Shown: positions 48,545-61,879, numbered from the stretch's first letter. The stretch: 64,000 nt of DNA from Hemiscyllium ocellatum (GCF_020745735.1 NC_083409.1:15223873-15287872), one strand, 5' to 3'. The notes: generated from the letters alone by a model not told the origin. Made by a program: numbers and translations.

Positions 48545-49035
48545 AGTGTTTGAGACAGTCCACAGAGGAGACACAACTTTAAATAGAACAGTGCTGAGCT
48601 GGCAGGTCAAAGGTCATTTTCAGCACTGAATTTCAACTCTCTTCCTTCTCAGGACTGGCTTGGAGATACTTCTGAGCTTCAGGGGTTAAGGCTGGTTGTT
48701 GGGATAGTGTAGAGAAAACTTTACTCTTTATCTAGTCCCATGCATTCCCTGACCTGGATGTGTTTGATGGGGACAGTGCTAAAGACTGTCAGCTGTGCAA
48801 AAACAATGTGAACCTCAAAAGTCTCTGTTTCAGTAAAACAGACCTCCTTTCTGCTCAGCCGCCAGTTCCAATTTAAGGTTTTGTCACTGTTTAAAGGGAC
48901 AGGATTCTCATGTTATTGAGAAATTCTCCACAAGTGTTTTCCTCAAGCTCCATTGTGGCTGTGAATTTGAGCAGCTTCCTCTGTCTGGGCTGTTAATTGC
49001 TGACTGTTTTCTGTCAATGTCAATCTGGAAAAGGG

Positions 49036-49041
49036 AATAAA
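49036..49041 (+). terminator. Probable polyadenylation signal of the kappa transcript
   Basis: First AATAAA seen after the C stop (~490 nt downstream), followed by GT/T-rich sequence. Not confirmed by cDNA. Confidence 0.55.
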
Positions 49042-49195
49042 GATGAAGAAGATTCAGTCTCTGTCTCTGTGTGTGCTTTGGGAATGGCCCGAGCTGAAGC
49101 CTCAGGGATAGGTGTATGAAGTGAAAAGCTCCACCCCACCCCCAGGTATGGAGCAGGAAGGGGAGAATAGAGGGGGCAATGGGGAACACAATAAT

Positions 49196-49683
49196 CTGAT
49201 GGGAATTCCCCTGAACACCAACACATCCTTTCAGCACAGCAAGATCCCGAGCCAAGCAGTTCAGTTCGCATTTTATTGATCAATTTGACCAGCAGGATCT
49301 TACTACCCAGAATAACAATCCCACAGGGTTTGCAAAGTTAATATTCCATACAGCATTTGATTTGTATTTGGAGAGAATGTGCAAAATCCACATAGATATT
49401 TTCCTGAGGCAGGGATCGAACCCAGGTCCCTGGCACTATGAAGAAGCAGTGCTAACCACTGAGCCACCTTGTCACCCACTATACTAACTTGATCCATCCC
49501 TGGTACAAAATATTCTGATGGCAATTCCCCCTCCACACCAACCCATCCATCAGGGACAGCAAGATCCTGAGCCAAGCAATTCAGATCAGGGTCACTGGGG
49601 TCACTCTATTGATCAATATGATCAGCAGAATCTTGGAACTCAAAATAACAATTCCACAGGGTTTGGGTAATAAATATTCCATA
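49196..49683 (+). repeat. Two diverged ~160-bp direct repeats (49196-49350, 49515-49683) separated by a partial SINE
   Basis: Shared cagcaagatcc-gagccaagca-ttcag and aataacaat-ccacagggttt...aatattccata segments. Confidence 0.8.
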
Positions 49684-52522
49684 AATTAGACCTGGGTTTT
49701 CTTTACTTTTCAAATGAGATGGAATTGCCCCGTGTGTCCCTGGGGTCAGATTGAGAATGTTCAGTCTGGGAGTCATGGCTGGGGGGGGTATAGTCAATGA
49801 TAAACTGGTTCCACTTTCTGCTGTCATATTCTGTAGCCCCTGGACCATCTCAGTGACAACCATCCAGGGCTCAGGGTGGATTCCAGAGCAGCTCATTGTC
49901 CTGACTGTTGTGTTCCTCAGTCCACACGTGGCTCCAGCAATCTCACTCCATGGTTCTTGTATCAGTGGGAACCATGGGGCTGAAATCTTATCCAAACAGA
50001 ATCTCACACAGCAAGGAGGCTGCTGGTGGATCAGAAACGCCTTGGATTCAGTCCCAGATTCCACTGTGGCTCTTTCATCAAACACAGCATTAGCACACTG
50101 ACACCACATTCAGAGGGCAATCCTGAGATGGGGCAAGTTTGGTTCTTGATTCCAATGTGAGGAAATGGGGGCTGGGTGTGAAATGTCTAGTCTGAAACTG
50201 GTGGGGGTACTTTATAATGAAGAATAGAAACTGATTTCAGGATAAAGTCAGGTGTTGATGGGAGTGAGGAATATCTCAGTGATCTGTCTCCAGAATCCAC
50301 AGCCTACACACATCCTTCTGTCAGACACTGAAGTCTGAGAAAGTAGCTCATCGACATCCAATATTTTTCCAACCTTCCCAGAAAAGGTGAAATATTCTCT
50401 GTCTGAGTGATTCCCTGGGCAGGGCATTTTAAAAAGGGCTGTGGGAAAGGAACCGTTGGCTCTCAATGACAAAGTCAATGGAAGGATGTGGAGCTGACAC
50501 TGTGAAACGTAAGGGCGCAGAGGATGACAGCAGAAGCAATTCAATGTTGTCACTCTCTCCTTTGGTAATAATTAGTTTTCCCTCATAATGTGCTCTCTTG
50601 TATTCGATCCACCTGTCTTTATTGCTTTGCTTCTTTTGACTTGAGTCTGTGGGTAGTTCCATCAAAACCCAATCTCCTCACACTCATCCTGGCCCCTGAA
50701 GAGATTGGTTAGAGAAGACTGAATTACAGCAAGTGACACAGATATTTCTTATCTTACCACATTGAATCAAACCATTGAGCCCATTAATCTTCAAAACAGA
50801 TTCCAGCATTAAAGTCACATTTGTTGGTTATAAAAGTAACGTATTTCTCAGGCTGAAAGAAGGAAGCTTCAGACTGAGAAATGATCTAACTTAACCCAGA
50901 TCCTGAGCATTGGCAAGTGGAACTAGATTGCGTTGGGATATCTGGTCAGCGTGGACAAGTTGAACCGAAGGTTCTGTCTCTGTGCTGTCTCTATGACTCT
51001 AATAGCACGACAGAACAAAGTGATATCAATTAGCACCAGTATAAATACAGGGCAGCCTATATCCTGCAGTTGGCACTCAGTGCAGCTGGCACAGAGGGAT
51101 GCTGGGAGGTTTGGTCAATGTGGGAGTTCGGTGAACTGTGGGAAGGAGGTCTACCTTTGCTTTTCCAAACTGGTTTGGAACTGTCACTTCAGCTGATGGG
51201 AGCCTGCACATGCACTTGGTTTGAAAATAGCAAAATAATAAACAAGGGGACAGGAGTCTGTTGACCAGATCAGCTGGGAAGAGCTTTGTGTAAGGAACCA
51301 TATCAATAGTATGCTTAGGAAACCTCAAATAGGGAAATCCTAGAAATGAAAAGTACTGAAACATTGATCCAGAGACTGAGGACAATTACTAGTTTCATGA
51401 AAGAATTGATTTCTTTCATTTGTAAGTGGATCAGCATTTGTTCATTAAACTGAAATGATTCAGGGTAAATACATCTGTAGTGACTGTATAAATCTACAGC
51501 AACTCCCACTCAGGGGGTTTGGATTGGAAGCTGAGTTGTAAGAATCCTGATACATCAGGGAGGGGCAGCGATACCTGGAGACTTTGTTCCAGATGGAAGG
51601 TGTAAGCCTCAGGACTGGGCAGTCCAATTCCATGTTAGTAAGGGGCAGGAGGGTATGACCCAAGAGGGGGTCAGATAAGGGTTTGGAGAATACAGTGGGA
51701 CAGGAAAAACCCCCACTCTTCGAAACTCCAGTGAGATCAAGGCCAGCCTTTCCGATCCTTCCTCACCACACAGCCCCCTCATACCAGGGATCAGTCGGGT
51801 AAAACTCCTCTGAAACACTTCCAATGGATTTATATTCTTTCTGCAATTAGGAGACCAAAAGTTCATACAAACCTTGAGATGTCCAGGAAGAACTGAAACA
51901 TCACATTCTCACTTTCAGATCCCTAATCACACCTGCTCTTACTTGCACCAGCCTTGTTACTGTCCATCTCTCATTGTCATGTACACAGTGGCGCTGAGCT
52001 GCTTTCTCGAACTGTTACAGTCTGTGTGCTGTAGGTAGACCCACAATGTGCGGAGGAAGGGAATTCCATGAGCCTGACCCAATAACAATGTAGGAACAGC
52101 GATATATTTCAATGAGAGGAACTTGCAAAGAGTGGTGTTCCTGTGTATCTGCTACCATGTCCTTCTTGATGGACGTGGTCATGGGTTTGGAAGGTGCTCT
52201 CTCAGGATCTTTGCTGAACCTCTGCAATGTATCTTGTAGATAGTGCTCACAGCTGTTACTGAGGGTCAGTGTGGAGGCAATGGATATATGTCGATGTGGT
52301 GCCAATCAAGCCGGCTGAAATTTGATAAACAAGATTTAAATAAAATAAAATAACATAAAACAGGTTAAAATGAAATAAAATCATCAAAAACTGTGGCTTC
52401 TTTTTGATAAAACATCACTGAATCCAAAACATTATTACCTCCTCTCTCTAATGTGGCTGCACCTGTTCCCTTTCTCCAGCATCTTGTTTTATTTGAGATT
52501 TGCTGTATTTTACTCTTTTAAT

Positions 52523-52734
52523 CATTGGTTATAAGAGAAGCATTGGTCAGCACACTGGGGAGATTTTCCCTGAGATGGTCACAAAGCCCTTTTATTCACA
52601 TCGACCTGAGAGGGCAGTGGTTTAACCGATCATCCAGCAGATGGCGTCTTTACCTTTGCCAGCCTCAGGATAGTGCTCCAGTGTCTGGAGTGGGGCTTGA
52701 AACCTGCAGGTTCAGGTGACGGTGTTACCACTGA
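52523..52734 (-). mobile_element. Old Deu-domain-type SINE relic, highly conserved between clusters (candidate 3' enhancer)
   Basis: The reverse strand has a decayed tRNA-like head (cccactccagacactggag) and a Deu-like core (gccatctgctggatga...ttaaacc...tgccctctcaggt). It differs at about 5 of 212 positions from 63623-63833. Confidence 0.6.
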
Positions 52735-53629
52735 GGCCGTCTATTCTTTCCTGGGATGTGGGTGTCACTGACAAGACCAGCATTTGTTCTCCATCCCTAA
52801 CTGCCCTGAAACTGAGTGGCTTGCTCGGCCTTTCAAATGGCAGGTAAGGGTCAGCCACATTGCTGGAGTCCTGGCAGAGTCAGATGTCTACAACAGGTCT
52901 ACAAGAACAAGGCCCTTCGGCCCAATGAGCCAAAGCCAGTCAAAACAACCATCTCACTATTCTAATTCCATGTTCCAGCAGTTGGCCCGCAGCCCTGTAA
53001 ACCTTGGCATCACAGCTGCACATCAAAGTACGTCAATGTTATGGGAGAGCTTCTGCCTCAACTACCCTTACAGAAAGCAAGTTACAAATTACCACCACCT
53101 TCTGCATGAAAGCGTGTTTCCTCACATTCCCTCTTAATCTTCTGCCATTTCCCTTAAATCTATGCCCGCGGTCATTGATCATGAAATAACTCCACATCAT
53201 CAAGTCACCCTTTATTTACACATCAACCATCCTTGACTGTAATGTCTCATATAAAGTTAGGCACCAGAGGCACAGGGTCCCTAACACCCAACCTGTTTGA
53301 TGTCAGTAAGTCATCTCCCTGTTATATCCTTGTAAAGATTTGAGCTTTTCTTGTGAAACTCCTTTGGGATTTTTTAATGGCACAGAGTCTCCACACACTC
53401 CCATCTCTCTTGATGCTCACCCTTGTCTGGTTAATTCTTCCCATTTCCTTCTCTTCTTTCAGTTCATTCCATTTCAGTAAAGTCTGTGATATTTCCACGG
53501 ATGATGTGTACTTGAAACCGCCATAGAGAAGCTCCTGTGAAGAAGCACTACAATAGAAGGAAGGCTGATATTTGCAGGAAGCCTGGACTGTGCCCTTGTG
53601 AACCTTTTCCAAACATTTCCATGTGATCT

Positions 53630-55150
53630 GTCAGCTTCCTTCAACTCTTCCCATTTCCTCCAAATCCAGTGGGTGGCCATGGGTCCCAGCTATGTCTGCT
53701 TGTTGTCGGCTACATCAAACAACACCTCACCAGTACATGCACAGGCACCGTTCCCCAAATCTTCCGCCATTACATCAGTGACTGCATCAGTGCTGCATCC
53801 TGCACTCAGGCTGAACTGGAGCTGTTCATCAACTTTGCTAAGAACTTCCAACCTGCCCTCAAATTCACGTAGTCTATCTTGGACAAATCCCTCTCCTTTC
53901 TTGACCGCCCCATTTCCATCTCCGGTGACAGTCTAGGAACAGACATTTACTGTAAATCCACAGACTCACACAACTACCTGGTCAACACCTCCTCCCAACC
54001 AGTATCCTGCAAGAACACCACCCCGTTTTCCCAATTCTTCCATCTCCGTAATATCTGCTCGAACGAGGAGATGCTCCCCTCCCAAGTGTCCCAGATGTCC
54101 ACTTATTTTGAACAATGTACTTTTCCCACCTCTGCCATCCAGAAAGCCCTCCACCGCACCTCCTCCATTCTCTGCTCCCCAAATCTAAACACTCCCCTCC
54201 AAAATGCAATAGAGACAGGGTCCCCCTTGTCTTCACCTTACGTCCAATCAATCTCCGCATCCAACGTATCATCCTCAAACAATTCTGACAACTCCAGCTC
54301 GACCCCACTATCAAGAACATCTTCCCCTCCCCACCCCTCTCTGCCTTCCACAAGGACTGTTCCCTTTGCCAATCCTTGGTTTTCACCACACTTCACACCT
54401 ACCCCCTCCTCCCCAACAAAACCCTGGTACCTTCCCCTGCAACTGTAAAAGATGCAAAACCTGCCCACACACCAAACCCTGTCATTTCCATCCAGGGCCC
54501 CAGTCCTTCCAGGTCAGACAGAGGTTCACCTGCCTCTCCTCCAACCTAGTTTATTGTATCGGTGCACCCGTTGTGGTCTTCTCTGCATCGGTGAGACCAA
54601 ACGTAAACTAAGGACATGTTTTGATGAGCATCTCAGCCAGGCTCACAAAGGCTGACCTGGCCTCCCAGTCACTGCCTATTTCAATTCCCCTTCCTATTCC
54701 CTCTCTGACATGACTATCCTCTGCCTCCTCCATTACCATAAGCAATCAGACTGCAAATTGGAGGAACAAATAATTATCTTTTGCCCGGGGTTGCTTACAA
54801 CCCAGAGGAATCAACATTGAGTTCTCCAGTTTCAAAAAGCCTGCCTTTCCCAACTTTCGACTCCCTTTCCAGTCCCCCTCCTCCATTCTATTCCACTTAC
54901 GGACCCTCCCTTCCAGCCACCAAATGGATTCATTCCTCCCATCGACTAAGCACTTCCAACCCTCTACCTGTGTTCATCCATCAATACCTTCCACTCCACC
55001 ATTCCCCTCCACCCACGCAAACAACCGATCCCACCTTGATTTGCAGCTCCCCTTACCCCCACCTGCAGTTCTGAAGAAGGGTTATACCCGAAATGTTGAC
55101 TGCTCCACCTCCAGATTCTGCCTGACTTGCTGTGTTCTTCCAGCCTCCTG
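53630..55150 (+). mobile_element. Penelope-like element (RT + GIY-YIG endonuclease), degenerate
   Basis: FNSSHFLQ..VAMGPSY RT motif; FTCLSSNLVYCI and RCTRCGLLCIGETKRKLRTCFDEHL GIY-YIG motif; tail CTGAAGAAGGGTTATACCCGAAATG at ~55072-55096. Confidence 0.85.
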
Positions 55151-56013
55151 TAAGCCTCCATCCCAGCCTGGTAACGATCTCGGACACTGGAAGGAAATGC
55201 CCAGGGCGCAGGTTAACGTGGTGCAAAAAGCCTTTCAGCTGAAGCTTCAGTGTTTGCCTTCAGTGTGGATTTTCAGTTACTGATTTACTCCCCTGTTATG
55301 TGACAGGAAGAAAGAACACTTGTTGGTGCAGTGTTTTTTTGTAATCGTCCAGGATATTTAAAGCTGCCTGCACAGTGCAATCACCTTCACAAGACAAAAT
55401 GCTGAGGTCCCAAAATCAGCAAACGAATGATGAGACAAATCCTTTTGGTGGCATTAGTTGAATATTGAGCAGGATACCTGAGGGAATCTCTTCAGAATGG
55501 GATCTTGTCGAGCCCCCTGAGGTGGAGGGATTGGGGTCTGGATGGTGCTGGTGGGGCTTTAAATGAACATCCCATACATAACATTGTGTCAGAGTTCACT
55601 GCAGTCTCAGCCTGGATTCTGTGTTCTCATTTCTGAGGTGGCTTTCAATGCAATGACCATTTGACTCTGAAGCAGGAGCATTGCCCATGGAGTCACCGTC
55701 AGTAACAATGTAAACTGTGTAGCTCTGAAAGGATATCATCTCATTCATCAAATCTGTTTCTGCCCCTCTGCAGGCTGACCAGGCTGCTGATGCCTTTCCA
55801 ATACTCCCAGGTTTTCCCATGTGCCACAGCTCATTCTCCTGAAGGATAGTTTACTCAGAGTCAAAAAGTGTGGTGCTGGAAAAGCACAGCAGGCAGGCAG
55901 TTGTGCTCAGGCCGAGGACATGACCTTGTCCCTCTGTCAGATTCTCTTCGAGAAACTCATGGCTCACCACCGCCCTCTCCAGGACAGTTAGGGAAGGGCA
56001 ACAGCAAGGAGAG

Positions 56014-56303
56014 AGATTAGATTAGATTACTTACAGTGTGGAAACAGGCCCTTCGGCCCAACAAGTCCACACCGACCCGCCGAAGCGCAACCCACCCATA
56101 CCCCTACATTTGCCCCTTACCTAACACTACGGGCAATTTAGCACGGCCAATTCACCTGACCCGCACATCTTTGGACTGTGGGAGGAAACCGGAGCACCCG
56201 GAGGAAACCCACGCAGACACGGGGAGAACGTGCAAACTCCACACAGTCAGTCGCCTGAGGTGGGAATTGAACCCGGGTCTCAGGCACTGTGCAGCCACCG
56301 TGG
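56014..56303 (-). mobile_element. Young V-SINE
   Basis: (AGATT)n tail and CpG-rich body. Confidence 0.92.
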
Positions 56304-58334
56304 TGGGGACGCGTCGCTGCAAGTGCTGTACTCTGCAGTTTGGTGACCCACTTTGATAGCTGTTTGTTCAATCTTTGAGTGCAATTCATTTTTTTGCTGA
56401 TCCCAGCGTCAATCCAAAGGACTCTCCACCTTTCAGTCTGACAAACCAGGTTCACCCATGTCATGGCTCTGTTTCTGACCGAGAGTCCAGTCTTTCAAAG
56501 AGATGAATTCAAGCCTCACCAGTTTGATCATTTTAATTTTACATCATTTCTCCTGATTTCTCCCGGGATGGGGCGGGCGTTGACGTGTTGGTTATTGGTT
56601 GCCTTCCCCTAATTGTCCTGGAGAGGGCGGTGGTGAGCCATGTAATATCTGGAAAGGAAGGCGCTGGAATTTGTACAAAAAAAGACATGAAATTCAATGT
56701 GATGTTCACAAATGTTCTTTTGGCGAGGGTGCCTGGTCTGTGACTCCTGCCCCACCGTGACATGATCCATTTTTAATGACCCATGATCTGGCTCAGCAAA
56801 GAACTTCGTCCAAGCAACTGGGGGTGGGCAATATTTATGAAGCTCACCAATGATGAAGCAGAAATAATAATGAGAAGGAATAATGCAGCTCCTTGCTCTC
56901 TGCCTTTTAGCCTCTGAGCCAGCACACTCTCACCGTTCTGGGTCTCTAATCCTCTAACATTAATTCATTAAAGTGTGGGAATATAGGAAGAGGTTTTATT
57001 TTGAACTATAAGGTCTCTTTTCTCCGTGACTCTCTCCTTTTCAACCCCCTACAATCCTGTCACCAGATGCTTGTGCTGACAGCCTTGTTGTGCAGAGTGA
57101 AAGCTCTCGGTGTTCTCTGAGGCCTCACTGCCTTGTGTCTGTCTCCACTGCAACATAAGACAAATGACGTGTTTCTAAAACCCTGTTGAAATTAAAAGCC
57201 AGCAAAGAAAATGACTGCAACAAGAATTGAGTTGGTCTTGTTCAAAAAAATAATTTTCATTTTAAAATTACATTTTTGTCAGTGAGTGACAAAGGAAAGA
57301 TGGGGGTCCAGGATTGCTGCAGCCTCTGTCAGAACATAGGGCCCAGGAGCAGGAGCAGGCCTTTTGGGAGCTGCTGTGCCAATGAAGAAGATCACTGCTC
57401 ATCTGGGTATGGTCTCGCCCGTACTTTCTGCTTCCCCACCCCCTCCCATTATCCTTAATTGCCTTGTTCATCAAAAAATCTGTCGACTGTAACCTTGTGC
57501 CAACTCCATGAGTGAACCTCCATTCCCATGTAGAGAAGAGAATTCCACAGACTATCAATCCTCAGCAAGAAAACCCCTCCTTCCCTTTAAACTGGAGACT
57601 GGTTTGTGTTAAACCTGCCCTCCAGTCCTCGTCTGCCCGATAACAGGAACCACCCTCTCAGTATCCAGCCTGTGATGTCACCTTCAGATCAGAAACTGGT
57701 TAATGAGAGAGAACAGGTTACATCAGTGAGACTTTTCCCCAGAGATGATGAACAGTGTTGATGTAAATTGTTTTTTCCAGTCCAGAGTCCAGAACAAGAG
57801 GGTTGTTAAAATTGTAATTCAGACGATTTCAGGAAAATTTCTTTCCGACAGAGTGATGGAAATCTGGAACCCTCAATCCAAAATAAAAAGCTGTTGAGGT
57901 TGGGTTTCAATATCCATTTTCTCAGGGCAGTACGGTTTACAGGACAAAGGGAGAATGTATTCCAGGTCAGCCATGGCCTGATTAACTGGGGAACTAGGTC
58001 AAAGCAACTGATTGGTCATTCCCACTGGAATCCACTGGAATGACTACTGGTGTGTTTGCGCTAATGGAAGGAGTCATTACCCATAGTCTTCAGCAGCTGT
58101 GCAAGTCCTCCATAGTAACTAGAAAGCAGCTGTTTCACTGTGCCTGAACAATACAAAGTCAGAGGACTCACTACACCAGGTTCTAGCCCAACTGATTCAT
58201 TTGAAATCACAAGCTTCTGAAGCGCTGCTCCTTTATCAGGTGTACCCCAGTCCACCATCGACATTTCCACATTACTGAACAGTCCAAATAAACTGGGGCT
58301 CTGTGAGGATCGAACCAGCTGGATCTGTACAAAC

Positions 58335-58337
<3 letters not shown>

Positions 58338-58395
<58 letters not shown>
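58338..58395. repeat. (AG)n microsatellite
   Basis: Seen directly. Confidence 0.95.
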
Positions 58396-60799
58396 ACATC
58401 TTTTGAACCAGGATACCTAATTGCACCACAATAAAAATGCTCTGCATGCTGTGATATATCAAAAATAAGCACTTTGGTGTAACTTTTGATTGTCCTCACA
58501 GTGTGCTATTTTATTCATGATGTGATACACGGAGACTATGTCAACGTTGGGTGGCAAAAAGTATATTTTCTCCACTAATCCCTTTCCAAAACGCGCTCTC
58601 CATCTTGCTTTAATCCTTATTGACTCTTCTACAATTGCCTCTATTTCCTCACTCCTTTCCGGTCCCAAAGGAACATATGGACAGACTTCATGACCCCACT
58701 CTGTCTTAAGTTCATGTGTAGTGTATTGGAGCTTCGGCTCCTCCCTCAGGCCCAGGTGTAGGGGCCTGTTCAACAATCTGCACATTGTCCTTTGTCTCTT
58801 TCTGAATGAACTGGATCAAGTTGCAGTAACGATCTGGCAACAAGGTGTCTTGTCTAAAATGTTCCCAGCATTGGATACAGAACTGGCTGTGTCAGAGGAG
58901 AGAGCATAGTGATGGAAGGATGGATTTCAGAATGGAGGGCTGTGTCTTGTGGGGTTTTGCAGGGATCAATGATGGGACCTTTGCTGTTCATGGTCTCCAT
59001 AAGTGATTTGGACGAAAACATGGCTAGTCTAATTCATGAGTTTGTGGATGCCACAAAGATTGCTGGAGTTGCAGTTAATGATCAGATTATCAGAGGATAC
59101 AGCAGGACATAGATCAATTGGATGCATGGATAGAAAATGGCAGATGAAGTTTAATCCAAATAAATGTGAAATGATGCATTTTGAAAGATGAAGCACGTGG
59201 CAGAATACCTGCACAGTGAATGGCAGAATCCATTGGAGTATTGAAATGCAGAGGGATCTCGGTGTACATGTTCACAGATCACTGAGAGTGGCAGCACCGA
59301 AGGTAGTAAAAAAGGCAATGGCAGGCTTGGCTACATTGGGAGGAGCACTGAGGATTAGGATAGACAAGTTATACTGCAGCTTTACTGAACTTTAGTTTGG
59401 CCACACTTGGAATATTGCATATGGTTCTGGTCACTATGACCAGAAGGATGTGGATGCTTTGGAGAGGGTACTGAAAAAATGTACCAAGAATGCTGTCTGA
59501 TATGAGGGATTTTCCCAGGGTAGAGGGGTCAGTTACTAGGGGACACAGGTACAAGGTGTGGGAGGGGGTGGGTGGGTGCAGTGGGGAATTAAAACAGATG
59601 TGTGAGGTAAGTATTTCACACAAACGGTGGTGAGGGCTGGAACACGCTGCCAGTGGAAGTGGTGGAAGCAGACACAATAGCAGCATTCAAGAAATACCTG
59701 GATGAATACACGGAAAAGAAGGGAATAGAGGGATATGAATCCTGTAGGTGAATACAGTTTCGGTGAGGAAGGGCAAAATGTGTCAACACAGGCTGGGAGG
59801 GCCGAAGGGCCTGTTCCTGTGCTGTATAGTTCCTTGTTCTTTGGTCCCTGCTGTTGAATTGGATTCAAACCAACAATGCAGGAAGACTCATGATGAAGTG
59901 GGTGTTTGTTTGATTTCTCACTTGTGTTAATACAGTTTTAAATGTGTCTGCGTACTTTCCCCTCTCTCTCTGTGGAGGGTGTCACTGTCATTGTCTCCAC
60001 CCGACCTTTCCACTCTCATAGTGATAGCAGTTTTTGCATTCCTTCTGTTCGGGGAGCTGTCATTCCCCCGCCCATATTACAACAATGACTAGACTTTGGA
60101 ATTTCTCCATTAGCTGTAAAACATCTTTGAACATCCTGAGCTCATGAACAGTGTAACAGAAGGCAATTCTCTCTCCTTTTTGTTTCCTCTCCATGCCTTC
60201 CCATCTGTCTCCCCACAACATCCCTCCCTTGTTTAAAATCTGGAATGAATTATGAATCTCTGGGAGAATTTAATCTGTGGCAACATTGAGACTAACAACA
60301 ACCACCTCCTTGGTGGGCTTTGAGTGTGAAGGTCAATAACACTCTCACTGGGACTTGATCTGGGTTGTCTCCAGTCAGTCAGTGTTATTGTTCTGGGGCC
60401 AGACATTACTGACCAACCTTAGACCCTGTGCTCCGATTGAGATGACGGATGACCTGCACTGGGCTTTAACACACTGTTACCACAGCACAGAGAGTGAAAT
60501 CATGTAGCGCTGGTTAGGCAGAATCCCTGGAGCAGGAGAGTCGACGTTTTGAGCATAAGCTCTTCATCAGGAATGGAGAGGAGGGAGTGAGGAGTCAGAG
60601 AGATAAATAGGAGGGAATTGGGGCTGGCGAAAATGTAATGAAGATTGCAATAGGTACGTGGAGGTGGGGGGTGACAGTGATAGGTCAGAGTGAAGGGTGG
60701 AGTGGATAGGTGGGAAGGAAGATGGACAGGTAGGACAGTTCAAAAGGGTGGTGCCGAGTTGGAGGGTTGGATCTGGGATAAGCTGGGGGAGTGGAGATG

Positions 60800-61446
60800 A
60801 GGAAACAAGTAACATCAACATTCAGAGTATTGAGTACAGGAGTTGGGAGGTCATGTTGCGGCTGTACAGGACATTGGTTAGGCTACTGCTGGAATATTGC
60901 ATGCAATTCTGGTCTCCTTCCTATGGAAAGATGTTGTGAAACTTGAAAGGGTTCAGAAAAGATTTACAAGGATGTTGCCAGGGTTGGAAGATCGGAGCTA
61001 CAGGGAGAGGCTGAACAGGCTGGTGCTGTTTCCCTGGAGCATCAGAGGCTGAGTGATAACCTGATAGAGTTTTACAAAATTACGAAGGGCATGGATAGGA
61101 TAAATAGACAACATCTTTTCCAGTGGTTGGGGAGTCCAGAACTAGAGGGCATAGGTTTAGGGTGAGAGGAGAGGAGAAAGATTCAAAAGAGACCTAAGGG
61201 GCAACTTTTTCACGCAGAGGGTGGTATGTGTATGGAATGAGCTGCCAGAAGATGTGGTGGAGGCTGGTGCAATTGCAACATTTAAGAGGCATTTGAATGG
61301 GTATATGAATAGGAAGGGTTTGGAGGGAGATGGGCCGGGTGCTGGCAGGTGGGACTAGATTGGTTGGGATATCTGGTCGGCATGGACGGGTTGGACTGAA
61401 GGGTCTATTTCCATGCTGTACATCTCTATGACTCTATGACTCTATA
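60800..61446 (+). mobile_element. CR1 3' end in the spacer of the tail-to-tail inverted repeat
   Basis: IEYRSWEVMLRLYRTLVRLLLEYC followed by a (CTATGACT)n tail. Confidence 0.9.
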
Positions 61447-61879
61447 ACATTCATTCCGTGTCATTGGAGGGTCTCAAGGTGGAAGATGTGGTGTTCTTCC
61501 TCCAGTTGTTAGATGGCTTCAATTTGGCGGTGGAGTAGGCCTAGGGACTTGCATATCCTTAGCAAGTGGATGGGGAGTTGAAATGGTCGGCCACAGGTGG
61601 TGGGGTTGTTTAGTGTGTGTGTCCTGAAGATATCATCTTCCAATCCTCCAATGAAGATGCACTGTCCTCACCAAAACATGTTGGCAAATCTCTTCGTAAC
61701 ACATAAAGGGAGAGAAACATTGAAAACTGTATTATCATGAGTGAGAGTCCACTTGAAACAAGGACTATGATGTTAAATGCTCCAGCCGTAAAGAACACTG
61801 GTGTATTGATGTCATTATCTTATTAAACAATATTAAAACCTCAGCCAAACATTTTCCTGCAGACAGTGTATTTAAAATA

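Larger units (their letters stand above)
52395..59895 (+). repeat. Left arm of tail-to-tail inverted duplication (3' flank of cluster 2), interrupted by a ~5.6 kb insertion
   Basis: 52395-52870 matches the reverse complement of 63488-63965, and 58503-59895 matches the reverse complement of 61880-63488. Confidence 0.85.

Noticed and set aside
50375-50383. STAT5-type motif TTCCCAGAA
   Set aside because: Single short motif with no paralogous copy in the window to test conservation.
58497-58503. RAG-mediated origin of the 5.6-kb indel (CACAGTG at its right edge)
   Set aside because: There is no nonamer, no partner signal at the left edge, and the junction does not fall at the heptamer border as a signal or coding joint would.
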